Source: Plasmodiophora brassicae
Taxonomy: Eukaryota
Assembly (NCBI GenBank): GCA_036867785.1
Contig: CP145421.1
Location: 496,001 to 560,000, forward strand
DNA: 64,000 nt
Direction: 5' to 3'
Part shown: in pieces, positions 63,001 to 64,000 of the stretch
Position numbering within the stretch: the first letter of the stretch is position 1
How the letters are laid out: the number at the start of each line of letters is the position of its first letter
Notes under the pieces: model-generated
The model's database searches: none
Told to the model about the DNA's origin: nothing
What the model saw: only the letters and a program-made list of their open reading frames with translations
Program-made: the position numbers and the translations under genes

Positions 63001-64000
63001 GCTGGTTTCCGCCAGCAAGTGCAAGAATTAGCCGTGTTGCTTCAGTCCCGTGATGCGACGATCATTGTTAGTAGGCGTCGCCGAGTACTGGCGCCACTCG
63101 CCTCGTAACCTCGTTTCGTCAGGCACTTCGCGAAGAGATAGCTCGTCTGAATGACCGCAGTGCGAACGATGCCCGCTCGTTTGCTGAACAGCTCGAGAGT
63201 GCTCGTGCGCAAACGGCAACAGCGGCGGAGCGTACTGCAGCGTTTGAATCGAAGATTGCCAAGCTCCGGCAAAAGGTATTCATTGGCTTCGCAGCGATAC
63301 TCAGCGACGTCATTGGCTAATTGCTGGCCGATATAGGTCAAGGATATATCGGACGAAAAGACTGACCTGGAAGCACGGAACAATGAGCTGACTGCGGAAC
63401 TAGAAGACGCGGAAGCACATGCTCAGCGTCAACTGGACATCTCGAAGGACACCATTGCCTGCCTCAAGGTGATGCTGGCCATGGTACGCTATTTGTCGAC
63501 CGTCTCAATTCCTTGGCACAGGTGGAGCGCGATGACCTCCAGCGCCGTTTAGAGGATTTATCCTCTCGTGCAGCGTCTCTCGAGGTACGCCTCTTCTAGG
63601 CCCTCAGTGTAATTTGCCCGTGTGTTAAGCAAATGCATGCAGGGACGTTGTGAAGCAACCGAAACGCGTCACGCCATGTTGATGGAGTCGCACAAGCTCG
63701 TCGACGGGCAAAGGCAGCACCTTCAGGTACATTGCAGTACTCGTCCCTGGTTTTCTATGGTCACAGTGCCTCCCTCAGTCAAGAGTCGAGGAGCTGGAAC
63801 GCCAATTGCGTTCAGACGTGGACGCATACAAGCAGAAGATGGCAGAGTTGGAACGGGTAAACGAATCCATTGTGGAACAGCTACGTGCCGCAGGTTCCAG
63901 TTCCGCTCCTCCCGACCTATCCGAAGGGTCACCGTTGCACGAGGAGCTTGCCAGATTGCGCGAAACGCTGGAGACTGAGCGGGCAGAAGCTGCTGCTAAA
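60052..64000 (+). CDS. Large multi-exon coiled-coil protein, runs off the window; start uncertain
   Basis: Successive E/Q/K/R/L-rich heptad exons separated by short GT-AG introns. No globular domain recognised. Confidence 0.75.

Overview
Gene-dense eukaryotic nuclear DNA, GC-rich (roughly 60% by eye), with many short (~40-70 nt) GT-AG introns carrying CTRAC-like branch points. It encodes flagellar-type genes (CDKL kinase, SAXO4-like) and a chitin-precursor enzyme (GNA1). This profile suggests a plasmodiophorid/phytomyxid protist such as Plasmodiophora; that is an inference, not checked. About 35 protein genes, one tRNA-Leu(TAA) and two transposon relics are supported. Main highlights: (1) an intronless plant-type PLS-E1-E2-DYW PPR protein with a mitochondrial-type leader and intact deaminase motifs, a candidate C-to-U RNA editing factor; (2) a ~2 kb inverted duplication of a PL14-like lyase gene around a 12 kb spacer, with a near-identical core and diverged flanks; (3) a 3 kb TIR-bounded element holding a Ty3/gypsy gag-protease fragment, plus an IS630/Tc1 relic, both rearranged into nested inverted repeats; (4) a MADS-box gene whose ATG is created by splicing; (5) small genes the ORF track misses or only partly captures (Dad4, BCL7-like, COX14-like, a small secreted-type protein). 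Exon boundaries were read by eye and family calls come from remembered motifs; no database searches were run.
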